Virus record (IMG/VR): IMGVR_UViG_3300014204_000139
Location: 1-64,000 of that record
Origin: a virus
Lineage: Duplodnaviria; Caudoviricetes
Reading direction: 5' to 3' (one strand)
Length of the DNA stretch: 64,000 nt
Positions 20,121 to 28,957 of this stretch are shown here, piece after piece; positions within the stretch are counted from its first letter, which is position 1, and every line of letters starts with the position of its first letter. The position numbers and the translations under genes were made by a program. The notes below the pieces were generated by a model, which saw only the letters and a program-made list of their open reading frames with translations, did no database searches and was not told the origin of the DNA.

Positions 20121-21029
20121 ATGGGTATTAATTTAGAAAATATATATTTAAGATTTAATAGACTGACTATATCTCAAGGTGAATATTTTCCGAAGAAGTC
20201 TTTTTATTTATCAATTACTAATAAAAGAAATTGGAATATTAATGAGGATATATCATTAAAAGTATATGTTAATGAAACAGATAATGCAATTGCGCCTTTA
20301 TCTAAACTTCAAGCTGAAGCATTAGTTCTTAGTTCTTATTCATTAACTTGGAATATACCTAAAACTAAATTAAGAATTCATGGAAGATTATATTTTGATG
20401 TTACTAAATTAGTACAGAGAATAATAGAAAGACCAGGTTGGGTATATGGTAATGCAATAATGTTTGTTATTAAGGATAATACTCATACATCTGATTATTT
20501 AATTGAAGCATTTGATTTTTTAGACTCTATTAATGAGTCAGTTAAATTAGTTGGACATTATACTAAGAATGAAATATATACTTGGTTAACTATTCAATTT
20601 AATCCTAATCCTGTTGGTGCTAGATGGAAAATTGGTTCAGGATCTTGGAAATTACATGGTGAAACTGAGGTAGTATTAAAGAATTCTAATGCATCTATAA
20701 CTTATGATAATGTTACTGGTTATATTAGACCTATTGATGAAGTATTACCTATAGCTAATGATGAAATTGTTATTCAAAGAGTGTATATATCTGCTCCTGC
20801 ATTATTATCTGCAGAAACAAGTATTAATGGAGATACTATTACTCTTACATTTGATAAAGATATGAGTAATCCTATTGGATCTGAATCTGAGTTTAATGTT
20901 CTAGATGGTGGTGTTCCTGATATAGTTACATTAGCTGCTTTAGATCCATTAGATGCTAAGAAGATTATTTTAACATTAACAAATAATATTTCTTTTGCTT
21001 CTATAGTTACTATTGATTATACTGCATAA
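20121..21029 (+). CDS. Virion protein ending in a partial SwmB-like beta repeat
   Basis: APALLSAETSINGDTITLTFDKDM...LTL...VTIDYTA. Confidence 0.6.
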   Translation: MGINLENIYLRFNRLTISQGEYFPKKSFYLSITNKRNWNINEDISLKVYVNETDNAIAPLSKLQAEALVLSSYSLTWNIPKTKLRIHGRLYFDVTKLVQRIIERPGWVYGNAIMFVIKDNTHTSDYLIEAFDFLDSINESVKLVGHYTKNEIYTWLTIQFNPNPVGARWKIGSGSWKLHGETEVVLKNSNASITYDNVTGYIRPIDEVLPIANDEIVIQRVYISAPALLSAETSINGDTITLTFDKDMSNPIGSESEFNVLDGGVPDIVTLAALDPLDAKKIILTLTNNISFASIVTIDYTA

Positions 21030-21062
21030 GAAAAGATATATTTTTATTAAGTGGAGGTTTAA

Positions 21063-22934
21063 ATGATTACTGCTGTTGATGGTGGAATTTTACAGAATTT
21101 TTCAAATTATCCTGTAATTAATAATGTCCAATCAATTGGATTAGATTATATGGAATATGCTAATAATGTATTAGCTCAAAATGCATATCCTCTTGGTATA
21201 ACTTATGATCCTTATAATAAATTATTGTTACATTTTTGGGATAGAAAATGGATACTTAATGGTTATGTTTATTGTTCATCTGACTATGCTAAATTTGGAT
21301 CCTCTTCTTTGCGTTTATCATATTTTAATAATGTAACAAGTTATGCTTATACAGCTAGTCATTCAGATTTTGATTTTGGTTTAGAAGACTTTACAATAGA
21401 AGCTCAGATTTATAATTTAGGTACAAAGACTAGTGGTTTTATGTCTAGAAGATCATCAGGAGCTAATGGTTGGTCTATTCAAATACAAGAATCTGGTGCT
21501 GTGTTTTTTAGAGCTAAAATAGGTGGTACTTGGAGTGATACTTGGATGATTGGAACTGGTGTTACTCCTGGTGCATGGCATCATTTAGCTCTAGTTCGTT
21601 CAGGTGGAAAATGGGATATTTATGTAGACGGAATATCTAGTGCTACATTTACTAATGGTGGTGCTTTGCAAGATGAATCAGAACCAATTAGATTAGGTGT
21701 TGAATCTAGTCTTTATGAGAGTCCTCCTAATATTTTTATGGATGAGGTTAGAATATCAAAAGGTATAGCTAGATATACTTCAGACTTTGTTCCACCAACT
21801 GCTCCATTTGTATCAGATCAATATACATCTTCATTACTACATTTTAATCAACAAAGTCAAGGAAATGGAGAAGGAAACTTTGCTGGTTTCTTTTATGATT
21901 CTAGCACTAATTGGTCAATAGATGGAAATACAGAGTTTCATGATTTACTAGGTCATAATATTATCCCAGCTGGAACTGCGCAAAAGGATGTAGATCAGAA
22001 GAAATTTACAGGTAGTTTAAAACTTAATGGCAGTAGTGATTATATTTATTCACCAATACATCCAGATTGGAATTTTGGATCTGGGGATTTTACAGTTAGT
22101 TTCTTAGCATGTTGGAATAGTTTTCCTGATGCTTTAGACTTTGATCATATCATTAGTGTATATGATGGCGCATCTAATGAAAGAGGTTGGGTTGGAAGTT
22201 TAGCTAATGATGGAGGTGCATATAAACTTAGATTTGTATATTCTATTGATGGTCTAACAACAGTACCAATACTTGGAGAGGAGATTTCAATAACTACAGG
22301 TGTATGGTATCATATAGCTTTTATTAGATATGGAAATACTCTTGGTATGTATCTAGATGGTGTAGATGTTGGATCAGGAGATGTTACAGGAATAACATTC
22401 TACTCAGCTAATGCTCCATTATATATTGGTGCCCTTCAGGGTGGTACTAACTTTATGGATGGTTGGTTATCCGAAGCTAGAATTTCTAAAGGATTTGCTA
22501 GATGGACTACTGATTTTACTCCACCAACATCTGAATATGATATATTATCTACAGGTCTGCAAGATTATTCAGAATCAGTTATTAAAACTCAAGGTAACTA
22601 TTCATTAAAAGGTATAGCATTAAGAGGATCTTTAAATAGTCATGTATTAAGAACAATAACACCAACTATTGATTTATCTGGTAAAGATACTATTGGATTT
22701 GATATCAGAGGTTATAGAACCGGTGCTAATATTAAAATTGACATTCATAATACAGATGGAACATTAATTACAATAACTCCAAATATAACAGTATCTAATG
22801 TTTATCAAACAGTAACAAGTGACATATCAGGAGTTCTTCCTGCAAATAGAAATTCAATAGATAAGATAATTATAACAATGGTAAATACAGATTTAGATAA
22901 TACATTCTATATTGATAATATGTATGCATTCTAG
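21063..22934 (+). CDS. LamG/concanavalin-like domain virion protein (two domains)
   Basis: Two copies of DFT..., W(H/Y)HxAxxR, xDG, (D/S)E(V/A)RISKGxARxTxDFxPPT. Confidence 0.85.
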   Translation: MITAVDGGILQNFSNYPVINNVQSIGLDYMEYANNVLAQNAYPLGITYDPYNKLLLHFWDRKWILNGYVYCSSDYAKFGSSSLRLSYFNNVTSYAYTASHSDFDFGLEDFTIEAQIYNLGTKTSGFMSRRSSGANGWSIQIQESGAVFFRAKIGGTWSDTWMIGTGVTPGAWHHLALVRSGGKWDIYVDGISSATFTNGGALQDESEPIRLGVESSLYESPPNIFMDEVRISKGIARYTSDFVPPTAPFVSDQYTSSLLHFNQQSQGNGEGNFAGFFYDSSTNWSIDGNTEFHDLLGHNIIPAGTAQKDVDQKKFTGSLKLNGSSDYIYSPIHPDWNFGSGDFTVSFLACWNSFPDALDFDHIISVYDGASNERGWVGSLANDGGAYKLRFVYSIDGLTTVPILGEEISITTGVWYHIAFIRYGNTLGMYLDGVDVGSGDVTGITFYSANAPLYIGALQGGTNFMDGWLSEARISKGFARWTTDFTPPTSEYDILSTGLQDYSESVIKTQGNYSLKGIALRGSLNSHVLRTITPTIDLSGKDTIGFDIRGYRTGANIKIDIHNTDGTLITITPNITVSNVYQTVTSDISGVLPANRNSIDKIIITMVNTDLDNTFYIDNMYAF

Positions 22935-23050
22935 ATTCAAACTTGAATTTTAAATATAAATTTATAAATAGTTATTTTTCCAATAGATTAGAACAAATAA
23001 TAAATTAAGTTTATGATTTTGTTTAATATTTTATTGGAGGAAAAATAAAT

Positions 23051-24259
23051 ATGGCAAATTTAAAGAACGTTTATCCACCAGCTGTTGATGAAATTATTAT
23101 TACTAATTTAAAAAACGGAGAAAACTATTTAGAGATTTATAAAAAATTAAAAGCTTTAAACTTATATAAAAATGATTATGAATCATTTAGAAAGTATGCT
23201 CTAAAAGTAAAAAAGAAAAATGGTGTTATTGATGGTCAAAATATAATAGAAGAAATAGACAAAAAAATAATTAAACAACTAGAAGCTAATAAGATAATAA
23301 AAGTAACAGATTTAGTAAATAAACTTAATTGTTCTAAAAAAGATTTAGAAAAATCAATTCAAAATTGTAGAAGAAATGGTTATGAAATAATTATAGATAA
23401 CAATATTATAATTTTAAGTACTACAAATGTTAGAGACTCAGAAAAACTTTCACAATTAGGATGTTCAGAGATAATTTTTGGAGTTGTTTCAGATCCTCAT
23501 TTTGGTTCTAAGTCGTGTCAAATTACTGCGTTAAATGAATTTGCTGAAATAATGAGAAAAAAAGGAGTTAAACACATATTTGTACCAGGAGATTTAGTTT
23601 CTGGTTATGAAGTATATCCTGGTCAAATCCATGATGTCTATGCTATTTCAGCTAAAGAACAAGAAGAAACAACTCTTTTAAATTTACCGACAGGATTTGA
23701 ATGGTATGTTCTTGGTGGAAATCATGACTATTCATTTATTAAAAGAGGTGGTGGTTATAATATCATTAGTGTAGTAGCTAATAAGAGAGCTGATGTTCAT
23801 TATGTTGGTTTTGATGAAGCTACTATTCCTATTTTAAACAATGTTGACCTTATGATGATTCATCCTAGTGGTGGAATTCCTTATTCTGTATCATATAGAT
23901 TACAAAAAAATATAGAGCAGATAACTATAGGTGAATTACAAAATGTAGTAAGAGGGGTAAAAGATAAACCATCAATTAGATTTGTCTTGTTAGGTCATCT
24001 TCACATTCAAATGCAAGCCATGTTTGGATCAATATGGGGAGCTCAATGTGGAACATTTGAAGGCCAAACTAACTATCTAAAGAGGAAAGGTCTTGTGCCA
24101 TGTATTGGCGGATGGATTGTTAAAGCAACTCTAGGTAAGAATGGATTGTTAAAGAATTTTGATTCTAAGTTTTATATATTTGATGAAATAGAAAATGATT
24201 GGAGAAATTATAATCATTCAATTTGTGAACAAAAAATAACTGAGCCAATTTTTGAATAA
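23051..24259 (+). CDS. Calcineurin-like metallophosphoesterase with an N-terminal HTH
   Basis: SDPH, GD, GNHD, HP and GHLH motifs. Confidence 0.85.
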   Translation: MANLKNVYPPAVDEIIITNLKNGENYLEIYKKLKALNLYKNDYESFRKYALKVKKKNGVIDGQNIIEEIDKKIIKQLEANKIIKVTDLVNKLNCSKKDLEKSIQNCRRNGYEIIIDNNIIILSTTNVRDSEKLSQLGCSEIIFGVVSDPHFGSKSCQITALNEFAEIMRKKGVKHIFVPGDLVSGYEVYPGQIHDVYAISAKEQEETTLLNLPTGFEWYVLGGNHDYSFIKRGGGYNIISVVANKRADVHYVGFDEATIPILNNVDLMMIHPSGGIPYSVSYRLQKNIEQITIGELQNVVRGVKDKPSIRFVLLGHLHIQMQAMFGSIWGAQCGTFEGQTNYLKRKGLVPCIGGWIVKATLGKNGLLKNFDSKFYIFDEIENDWRNYNHSICEQKITEPIFE

Positions 24260-24265
24260 ATCTAA

Positions 24266-24309
24266 AAATAAATAGTTCATGTATTATTACATACATGAAC
24301 TATTTATTT
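24266..24309. terminator. Bidirectional terminator between convergent blocks
   Basis: AAATAAATAGTTCATGTAT/ATACATGAACTATTTATTT perfect inverted repeat. Confidence 0.85.
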
Positions 24310-24312
24310 CCA

Positions 24313-24549
24313 TCATTTTTTTCTAATTCTTTTATTCATTACTTTTATAAGAAATGACATTAATTTTACAATAAGTAGGAATAAACCCACTATTAATACA
24401 ATTGGCCAGAAAAATATAACTAGAATAAAATAAACTGTTATTATCGTTAAATCTTCTTTTTTATTTTCATCAAAATCTTCAGCATATTTTAAGAAAAAAT
24501 ACAATGAAACTATAGCAGTAATACATCCTATAAAAATATATAATATCAT
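24313..24549 (-). CDS. Small two-TM membrane protein (FFWP paralog)
   Basis: Two hydrophobic segments, acidic loop, basic tail. Confidence 0.7.
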   Translation of the reverse strand: MILYIFIGCITAIVSLYFFLKYAEDFDENKKEDLTIITVYFILVIFFWPIVLIVGLFLLIVKLMSFLIKVMNKRIRKK

Positions 24550-24803
24550 TTTTTTACCTCAGTATTGTTCTTTTTCATTCTTTTAATTATTAGTTGTATA
24601 AAAGAACAACTTAAACTCCTAATTGATAGATATGAAAACACTAATGCAAAAAATGGCCAACCAATTATAAAAATTATAAAAAGTAAAAATATATTTTCTA
24701 TTTCATTAGAATCATTCTCATCAATATCATTATATTTTACTACTAAAAATATTGCAATTATTGCAAAAACTAATCCAGATAAAAAGTATGAAGAAATTGT
24801 CAT
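24546..24803 (-). CDS. Small two-TM membrane protein (IGWP paralog)
   Basis: Same layout as its neighbours. Confidence 0.7.
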   Translation of the reverse strand: MTISSYFLSGLVFAIIAIFLVVKYNDIDENDSNEIENIFLLFIIFIIGWPFFALVFSYLSIRSLSCSFIQLIIKRMKKNNTEVKK

Positions 24804-25054
24804 TATTCTTTTACCCTAATATTATACTTTTTAACTTTTTTAAAAAGTTTCTTTAGTATTACTATCAAGATAAATAAAACTAAACTTATACCTATTATAA
24901 AAAATACAAACTGCCAGAATAAACCAATTATTACAGAAATAAATATAGTTAATGCTAATTCTTCATGATTATCAATATCAACATGATAAAATTTTATAAT
25001 TAAAAACATTGATAATATAGTAGAACATAAAGCTATTATCCAAAATACTGACAT
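24803..25054 (-). CDS. Small two-TM membrane protein (LFWQ paralog)
   Basis: Same layout as its neighbours. Confidence 0.7.
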   Translation of the reverse strand: MSVFWIIALCSTILSMFLIIKFYHVDIDNHEELALTIFISVIIGLFWQFVFFIIGISLVLFILIVILKKLFKKVKKYNIRVKE

Positions 25055-25055
25055 C

Positions 25056-25229
25056 TTATTGTTTCTCCTCTTTTATTTCCATTCCCCTTAATCTAGCTAC
25101 TTCTTTAATTAGAACTTTATTATTTTTTGATATTTCTTCTAATCTTTTCTTAATATTTGATACAAATTTATACTCCATCCATGATAGATAAATAATTAAA
25201 CATAGAATAATATAGATGATAATTTCCAT
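25056..25229 (-). CDS. Small membrane-anchored coiled-coil protein (start corrected to MEIIIY)
   Basis: The longer track ORF overlaps tRNA-Ser; AAGGA RBS lies before ATG 25229. Confidence 0.65.
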   Translation of the reverse strand: MEIIIYIILCLIIYLSWMEYKFVSNIKKRLEEISKNNKVLIKEVARLRGMEIKEEKQ

Positions 25230-25254
25230 AACTTTTCCTTTCTTAGATATAAAT

Positions 25255-25340
25255 TGGCGGAGAGTACAGGATTCGAACCTGTGGATCTTTCGACCTCTGG
25301 TTTTCAAGACCAGCTCCATAAACCACTCGGACAACTCTCC
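25255..25340 (-). tRNA. tRNA-Ser(UGA)
   Basis: Cloverleaf GGAGAGT..., anticodon arm CTGGT-CTTGAAA-ACCAG, long variable arm, GCCA end. Confidence 0.95.
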
Positions 25341-25354
25341 ATAATTTTTCTTTC

Positions 25355-25558
25355 TTATTTATATTTATTTTTTGATGTTAGAATTCTTAAAACATAGAAC
25401 CAATAAAGTGGCCAGGCTAACATAGTATAGAGAGGAACCAATATAAATCCACTTCCCTTCCAGATAAATGTTTTCCCTTTAATTATTGACATTACTAAAT
25501 TAGTAATAATTGTTAAAATCCCGCCAGCAAGGTATAGATATCCGATAATAAAATCCAT
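25355..25558 (-). CDS. Small membrane protein (LAWP)
   Basis: Two hydrophobic segments. Confidence 0.6.
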   Translation of the reverse strand: MDFIIGYLYLAGGILTIITNLVMSIIKGKTFIWKGSGFILVPLYTMLAWPLYWFYVLRILTSKNKYK

Positions 25559-25576
25559 GATTAATCCTATCTTAAT

Positions 25577-25662
25577 TGGTGGTAGGAACAGGATTCGAAC
25601 CTGTGGACCTTTCGGTCAAAAGTTTAGCAAACTTTCGTGATAGACCTCTCCACCATCCTACC
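25577..25662 (-). tRNA. tRNA-Ser(GCU)
   Basis: AAAGT-TTGCTAA-ACTTT arm, long variable arm, ACCA end (A73). Confidence 0.93.
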
Positions 25663-25667
25663 GTTTT

Positions 25668-25949
25668 TTAAAGCTTGTATTCCCTTACAGCTTTATTTCT
25701 TTCTTTCTTTGTGAGATATAATCCGATCATGCCCCATTCAAATATGTAACGAGTACCTTCATCTTTAAAGTAATCATCTTTGGTTAATACTTTTTCAATT
25801 GATTTTTTAATTATTTCATTCTCTTTTTTTGATCTTAAATGTAACAACAACTGAGGATGATTTCCAAAACGTTTTTTAAGTCTAGGATTTGGAGTATCTA
25901 GAGAATTCATTAATTTTATGATTTCAGGTAATGTATTTTCTGTAATCAT
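25668..25949 (-). CDS. Hypothetical protein
   Basis: ORF in a tightly packed operon. Confidence 0.6.
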   Translation of the reverse strand: MITENTLPEIIKLMNSLDTPNPRLKKRFGNHPQLLLHLRSKKENEIIKKSIEKVLTKDDYFKDEGTRYIFEWGMIGLYLTKKERNKAVREYKL

Positions 25950-25951
25950 TT

Positions 25952-26557
25952 TTAATCTGTTTCCTTTTCTAATAAAGCTATATCATATTTTCTTATTCTT
26001 TTTTGATTATATGTTCTAGTATGAAGTGCTTTTAATTTATTTAGATGTTTAGTACAAGACCCTATTTTAAGTTGGATCCAATTTGGTTCATTCTCTCTAT
26101 AATCCAACCGAACTGGTTTAGTAAACCATGAAGATATTTCTTTTCCATCTTCTTTTGATTTTACAAATGCAGAAATATTATGTAAATATAGATTATCAAT
26201 ATCTGGTTCTCTTTTTTTAGCTCCGCAAACAAAACAACATGGACATCGATCAAATCCAATCCCTCTGGAGTTAAAAAATAATGATTTTCCATACTTATTA
26301 TCATCTCTTTTTATTTCAAAGTTTAAAATTTCTTGTCTAATATCATTTAAACAAACTATTCCACAAGTTAGTAAACCTTTAATATGCTCAACTCTTTCTC
26401 CCCAATGTGTTCCAAATTCAATATCTGTTATAAGTCCTCTTGAATGAAATAACTCATCTCTTATTTCATCAATTAAAATACTTATTGGTTTAGAAAAATC
26501 TGTTTTATAAATTGGATGTTGTTTATACTCATCTATGGCTTCCGCTTTTCTAGTCAC
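25952..26557 (-). CDS. Hypothetical protein with a CPCCFVC motif
   Basis: GGAG RBS; Cys cluster. Confidence 0.65.
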   Translation of the reverse strand: MTRKAEAIDEYKQHPIYKTDFSKPISILIDEIRDELFHSRGLITDIEFGTHWGERVEHIKGLLTCGIVCLNDIRQEILNFEIKRDDNKYGKSLFFNSRGIGFDRCPCCFVCGAKKREPDIDNLYLHNISAFVKSKEDGKEISSWFTKPVRLDYRENEPNWIQLKIGSCTKHLNKLKALHTRTYNQKRIRKYDIALLEKETD

Positions 26558-26570
26558 TATATTATTCTCC

Positions 26571-27233
26571 TTATTCTAATGGAATCCACCATCTTTGGTC
26601 CATTCCAACTCCAGATAAACATGTCCATTTACAATTATTATTAAATCCTTGTTTGAATAAATGCATATGTCCAAAATACCATAGTTTTGGTTTATATTTT
26701 TGTAATACGTAACTTAATGCATCTCTTGATGGATCATGACCATATTTATCATGATAGTCAACAACATCAAACTCATTAGGTGATGTATGACTAATTACTA
26801 TATCAATATTTTCATCTGGTAATTCAGATATATCTTTTTGTGTAATTGTTTCTTCTGGAAACCAACTCTCTCCAATTATTCTATATTGTCTATCAATGGA
26901 TAATGCTCCACCAATAAATAAAACATTTCTTCCATCTACTAATTGTAATGTAGTGCCCCTACTCATATAAAACACATTTTTAGAAACTTCATCATTTTCT
27001 AATTTTTTTATGGATTCATAATCTTCATGATTTCCATCACACCAAAAAATTAAAGTATCTTTATTTTTTAAACTATCTTCTTGAAAAATTTTTGTAGCTC
27101 CCCTTCTGCGCATCCTAGGCCAAAACCCGAAGTCTCCACATTGAAGAATAGTGGAGACTTCGGGATGACGAGCTAGAAATACATTAACTAAAGGAAATTC
27201 TGCATGGAAGTCACCGCAAACAATGGTAGCCAT
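26571..27233 (-). CDS. Metallophosphoesterase
   Basis: GDFH, GDFG, DGNHE, SHTSP, GHMH. Confidence 0.9.
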   Translation of the reverse strand: MATIVCGDFHAEFPLVNVFLARHPEVSTILQCGDFGFWPRMRRRGATKIFQEDSLKNKDTLIFWCDGNHEDYESIKKLENDEVSKNVFYMSRGTTLQLVDGRNVLFIGGALSIDRQYRIIGESWFPEETITQKDISELPDENIDIVISHTSPNEFDVVDYHDKYGHDPSRDALSYVLQKYKPKLWYFGHMHLFKQGFNNNCKWTCLSGVGMDQRWWIPLE

Positions 27234-27417
27234 TAATTCTCCTCAATATGATTTGACTCTAAAATCTTTAATCTTTTTATTTTAAAGATCCTATTTACCC
27301 TTTCATCAAAATACAAGGTTGCAGGAGTCTTTAAGATTAAAAATTTTCTCAACTTCTTCTCTTTTTTCTTAGCTGGTCTCATTCTTCTTCTCATTTTATT
27401 TATCTCCTTTAAAATTA

Positions 27418-27500
27418 TGGCTGTCGGGAGAGGGGTCGAACCTCCATATTTATTCCACGTGATTAACAGTCACGCCTCTTACCAATTAGAGTACCCGACA
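27418..27500 (-). tRNA. tRNA-Asn(GUU) with a 12-nt variable loop
   Basis: TGTCGGG/CCCGACA acceptor, CGTGA-CTGTTAA-TCACG arm, GCCA end. Confidence 0.9.
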
Positions 27501-27509
27501 GTAGTTATA

Positions 27510-27788
27510 CTAAATTTCACCTTTTTCTTTATTTACATTTTTTATACCAACTGGTTCATAGATAGAGAAACCAATAAAATAAATTGGAGCAACAATTGTT
27601 TCACAAAGAAGAAATGACCAAATAAGATTACCAAGGATTAGTTGATATTCAATTTTTTCATTTTTCATTTCATTTTGGTTAAATAATCCATATGTACCAT
27701 ATGTTTTATTATTGATAACTTTATCATTTCCACAACCAGAAATGAAAAATACTACAATCAGAATTAGTGATACAATAAGTTTCTTCAT
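27510..27788 (-). CDS. Lipoprotein-like protein (start MKKLIV)
   Basis: Signal peptide with FISGC lipobox. Confidence 0.65.
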   Translation of the reverse strand: MKKLIVSLILIVVFFISGCGNDKVINNKTYGTYGLFNQNEMKNEKIEYQLILGNLIWSFLLCETIVAPIYFIGFSIYEPVGIKNVNKEKGEI

Positions 27789-27807
27789 CGTTATATTCCT
27801 TATTCCA

Positions 27808-28050
27808 TTAATTATAGTAAATTTCAACTTCTTCTGGAGCTAATTCTAAAATAACTCCATTAGAAAATTTTACTTGAAGAAGTATCTCTTTTTCTTTGTC
27901 TAATATTTGTTTATCATCAGGTAATATCTCACCCACCTGACCAAGATACTTATCATGAAGTTTTTTATACTCTGCTGATAAAGTTTCTGGCATATAACTA
28001 CTTTGTTTATAAACTACTTTTAGACCCTCTTTAATTTTGTCTAGATCCAT
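27808..28050 (-). CDS. Hypothetical SH3-like protein
   Basis: YLGQVGEI...LQVKFSNG beta pattern. Confidence 0.55.
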   Translation of the reverse strand: MDLDKIKEGLKVVYKQSSYMPETLSAEYKKLHDKYLGQVGEILPDDKQILDKEKEILLQVKFSNGVILELAPEEVEIYYN

Positions 28051-28064
28051 ATCTCATCTGTTCC

Positions 28065-28553
28065 TTAATCCATTAATGATTGAATTTTACTTACCGCTTG
28101 AGACGTTGACGTCAACTCTTCAGTGTCAGGAATAATAAGCACTGGAAAAGTATCACTTCCTATAACTTTATCTTCTTTTCCTAAAAAATCTTGATTTCTG
28201 AAAATTATACCTCTTTTTATAAATTTAGTCATGATAAACTTTAAAGTTTTTAAATTGTCAAGAAGGAAAACATAATCAACACACTTTAAACTATTTATCA
28301 TTCTTAATCTATGACCTTGATTAAAAATTGGACGATTCTTCCCTTTATCTTCTTTTACCATTATATCAGAATCAACTCCAACAATTAAATAGTCACATTT
28401 CATTCTACATTGTTCTAAGTAGTTGAGATGATAGTAATGAATCATATCAAAACAACCACTTGTTATTCCAATTAATGACTCTTTACTTTTAATTAATGTT
28501 GAAGCTGCCTTAATGGATGTTTTATCAAGAAGATCTATTATCATTCTTATCAC
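28065..28553 (-). CDS. Cytidylyltransferase-like (RfaE/TagD-type HIGH-superfamily) nucleotidyltransferase
   Basis: SGCFDMIHYYH, LIVGVDSD, KGKNRPI, VDYVF, TSTS. Confidence 0.85.
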   Translation of the reverse strand: MIRMIIDLLDKTSIKAASTLIKSKESLIGITSGCFDMIHYYHLNYLEQCRMKCDYLIVGVDSDIMVKEDKGKNRPIFNQGHRLRMINSLKCVDYVFLLDNLKTLKFIMTKFIKRGIIFRNQDFLGKEDKVIGSDTFPVLIIPDTEELTSTSQAVSKIQSLMD

Positions 28554-28570
28554 TATTTCTTTATTAATTA

Positions 28571-28686
28571 GGTTAATGGTCAGTTGCCACCATCATTTTT
28601 AAAAAGAGGCCCAATCACCCATGAATGATCGACTCCTCCGGATACAACTGAAGCTAGATTCTAATCATCTAGATCGGAAGGAGATA
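28571..28686 (-). ncRNA. Candidate structured RNA upstream of the nucleotidyltransferase
   Basis: GC-rich intergenic segment with several stems and a 7-bp loop pairing (TCAGTTG/CAACTGA). Confidence 0.5.
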
Positions 28687-28720
28687 AACTATGAACAAAA
28701 TTAAAAACATGGTTATTTTA

Positions 28721-28957
28721 TTATGCAATAATTTCTGCAAACTTATCTCGAACTCTCTTTGCATACTCCATTGCTTCTGTGTTACTTTTATTTTCAGATT
28801 CCAGTTCAGCAATTTTTTTCAGGTTTTCTGAAGTACCTGCCTCAATAACTGCAATATTTTCATTAAATGAGTCCACAATACCAGAAACCTTTGACACCAA
28901 ACCATTAATCTTATTTTTAGCACTCTCAACTGAATTCCCGGTGAAGTTAATATTCAT
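28721..28957 (-). CDS. Small coiled-coil protein
   Basis: ATGA overlap with the rtcB stop. Confidence 0.65.
   Translation of the reverse strand: MNINFTGNSVESAKNKINGLVSKVSGIVDSFNENIAVIEAGTSENLKKIAELESENKSNTEAMEYAKRVRDKFAEIIA

Noticed and set aside
21027-21065. Stop-codon readthrough joining 20121 and 21063
   Set aside because: Three in-frame TAA codons lie in the gap, and the second gene has its own GGAGG.
28571-28686. Hammerhead, HDV-like/theta ribozyme or a known riboswitch
   Set aside because: I could not place the CUGANGA/GAAA core, the HDV nested pseudoknot or a known aptamer consensus, so it is kept only as an unclassified structured RNA.
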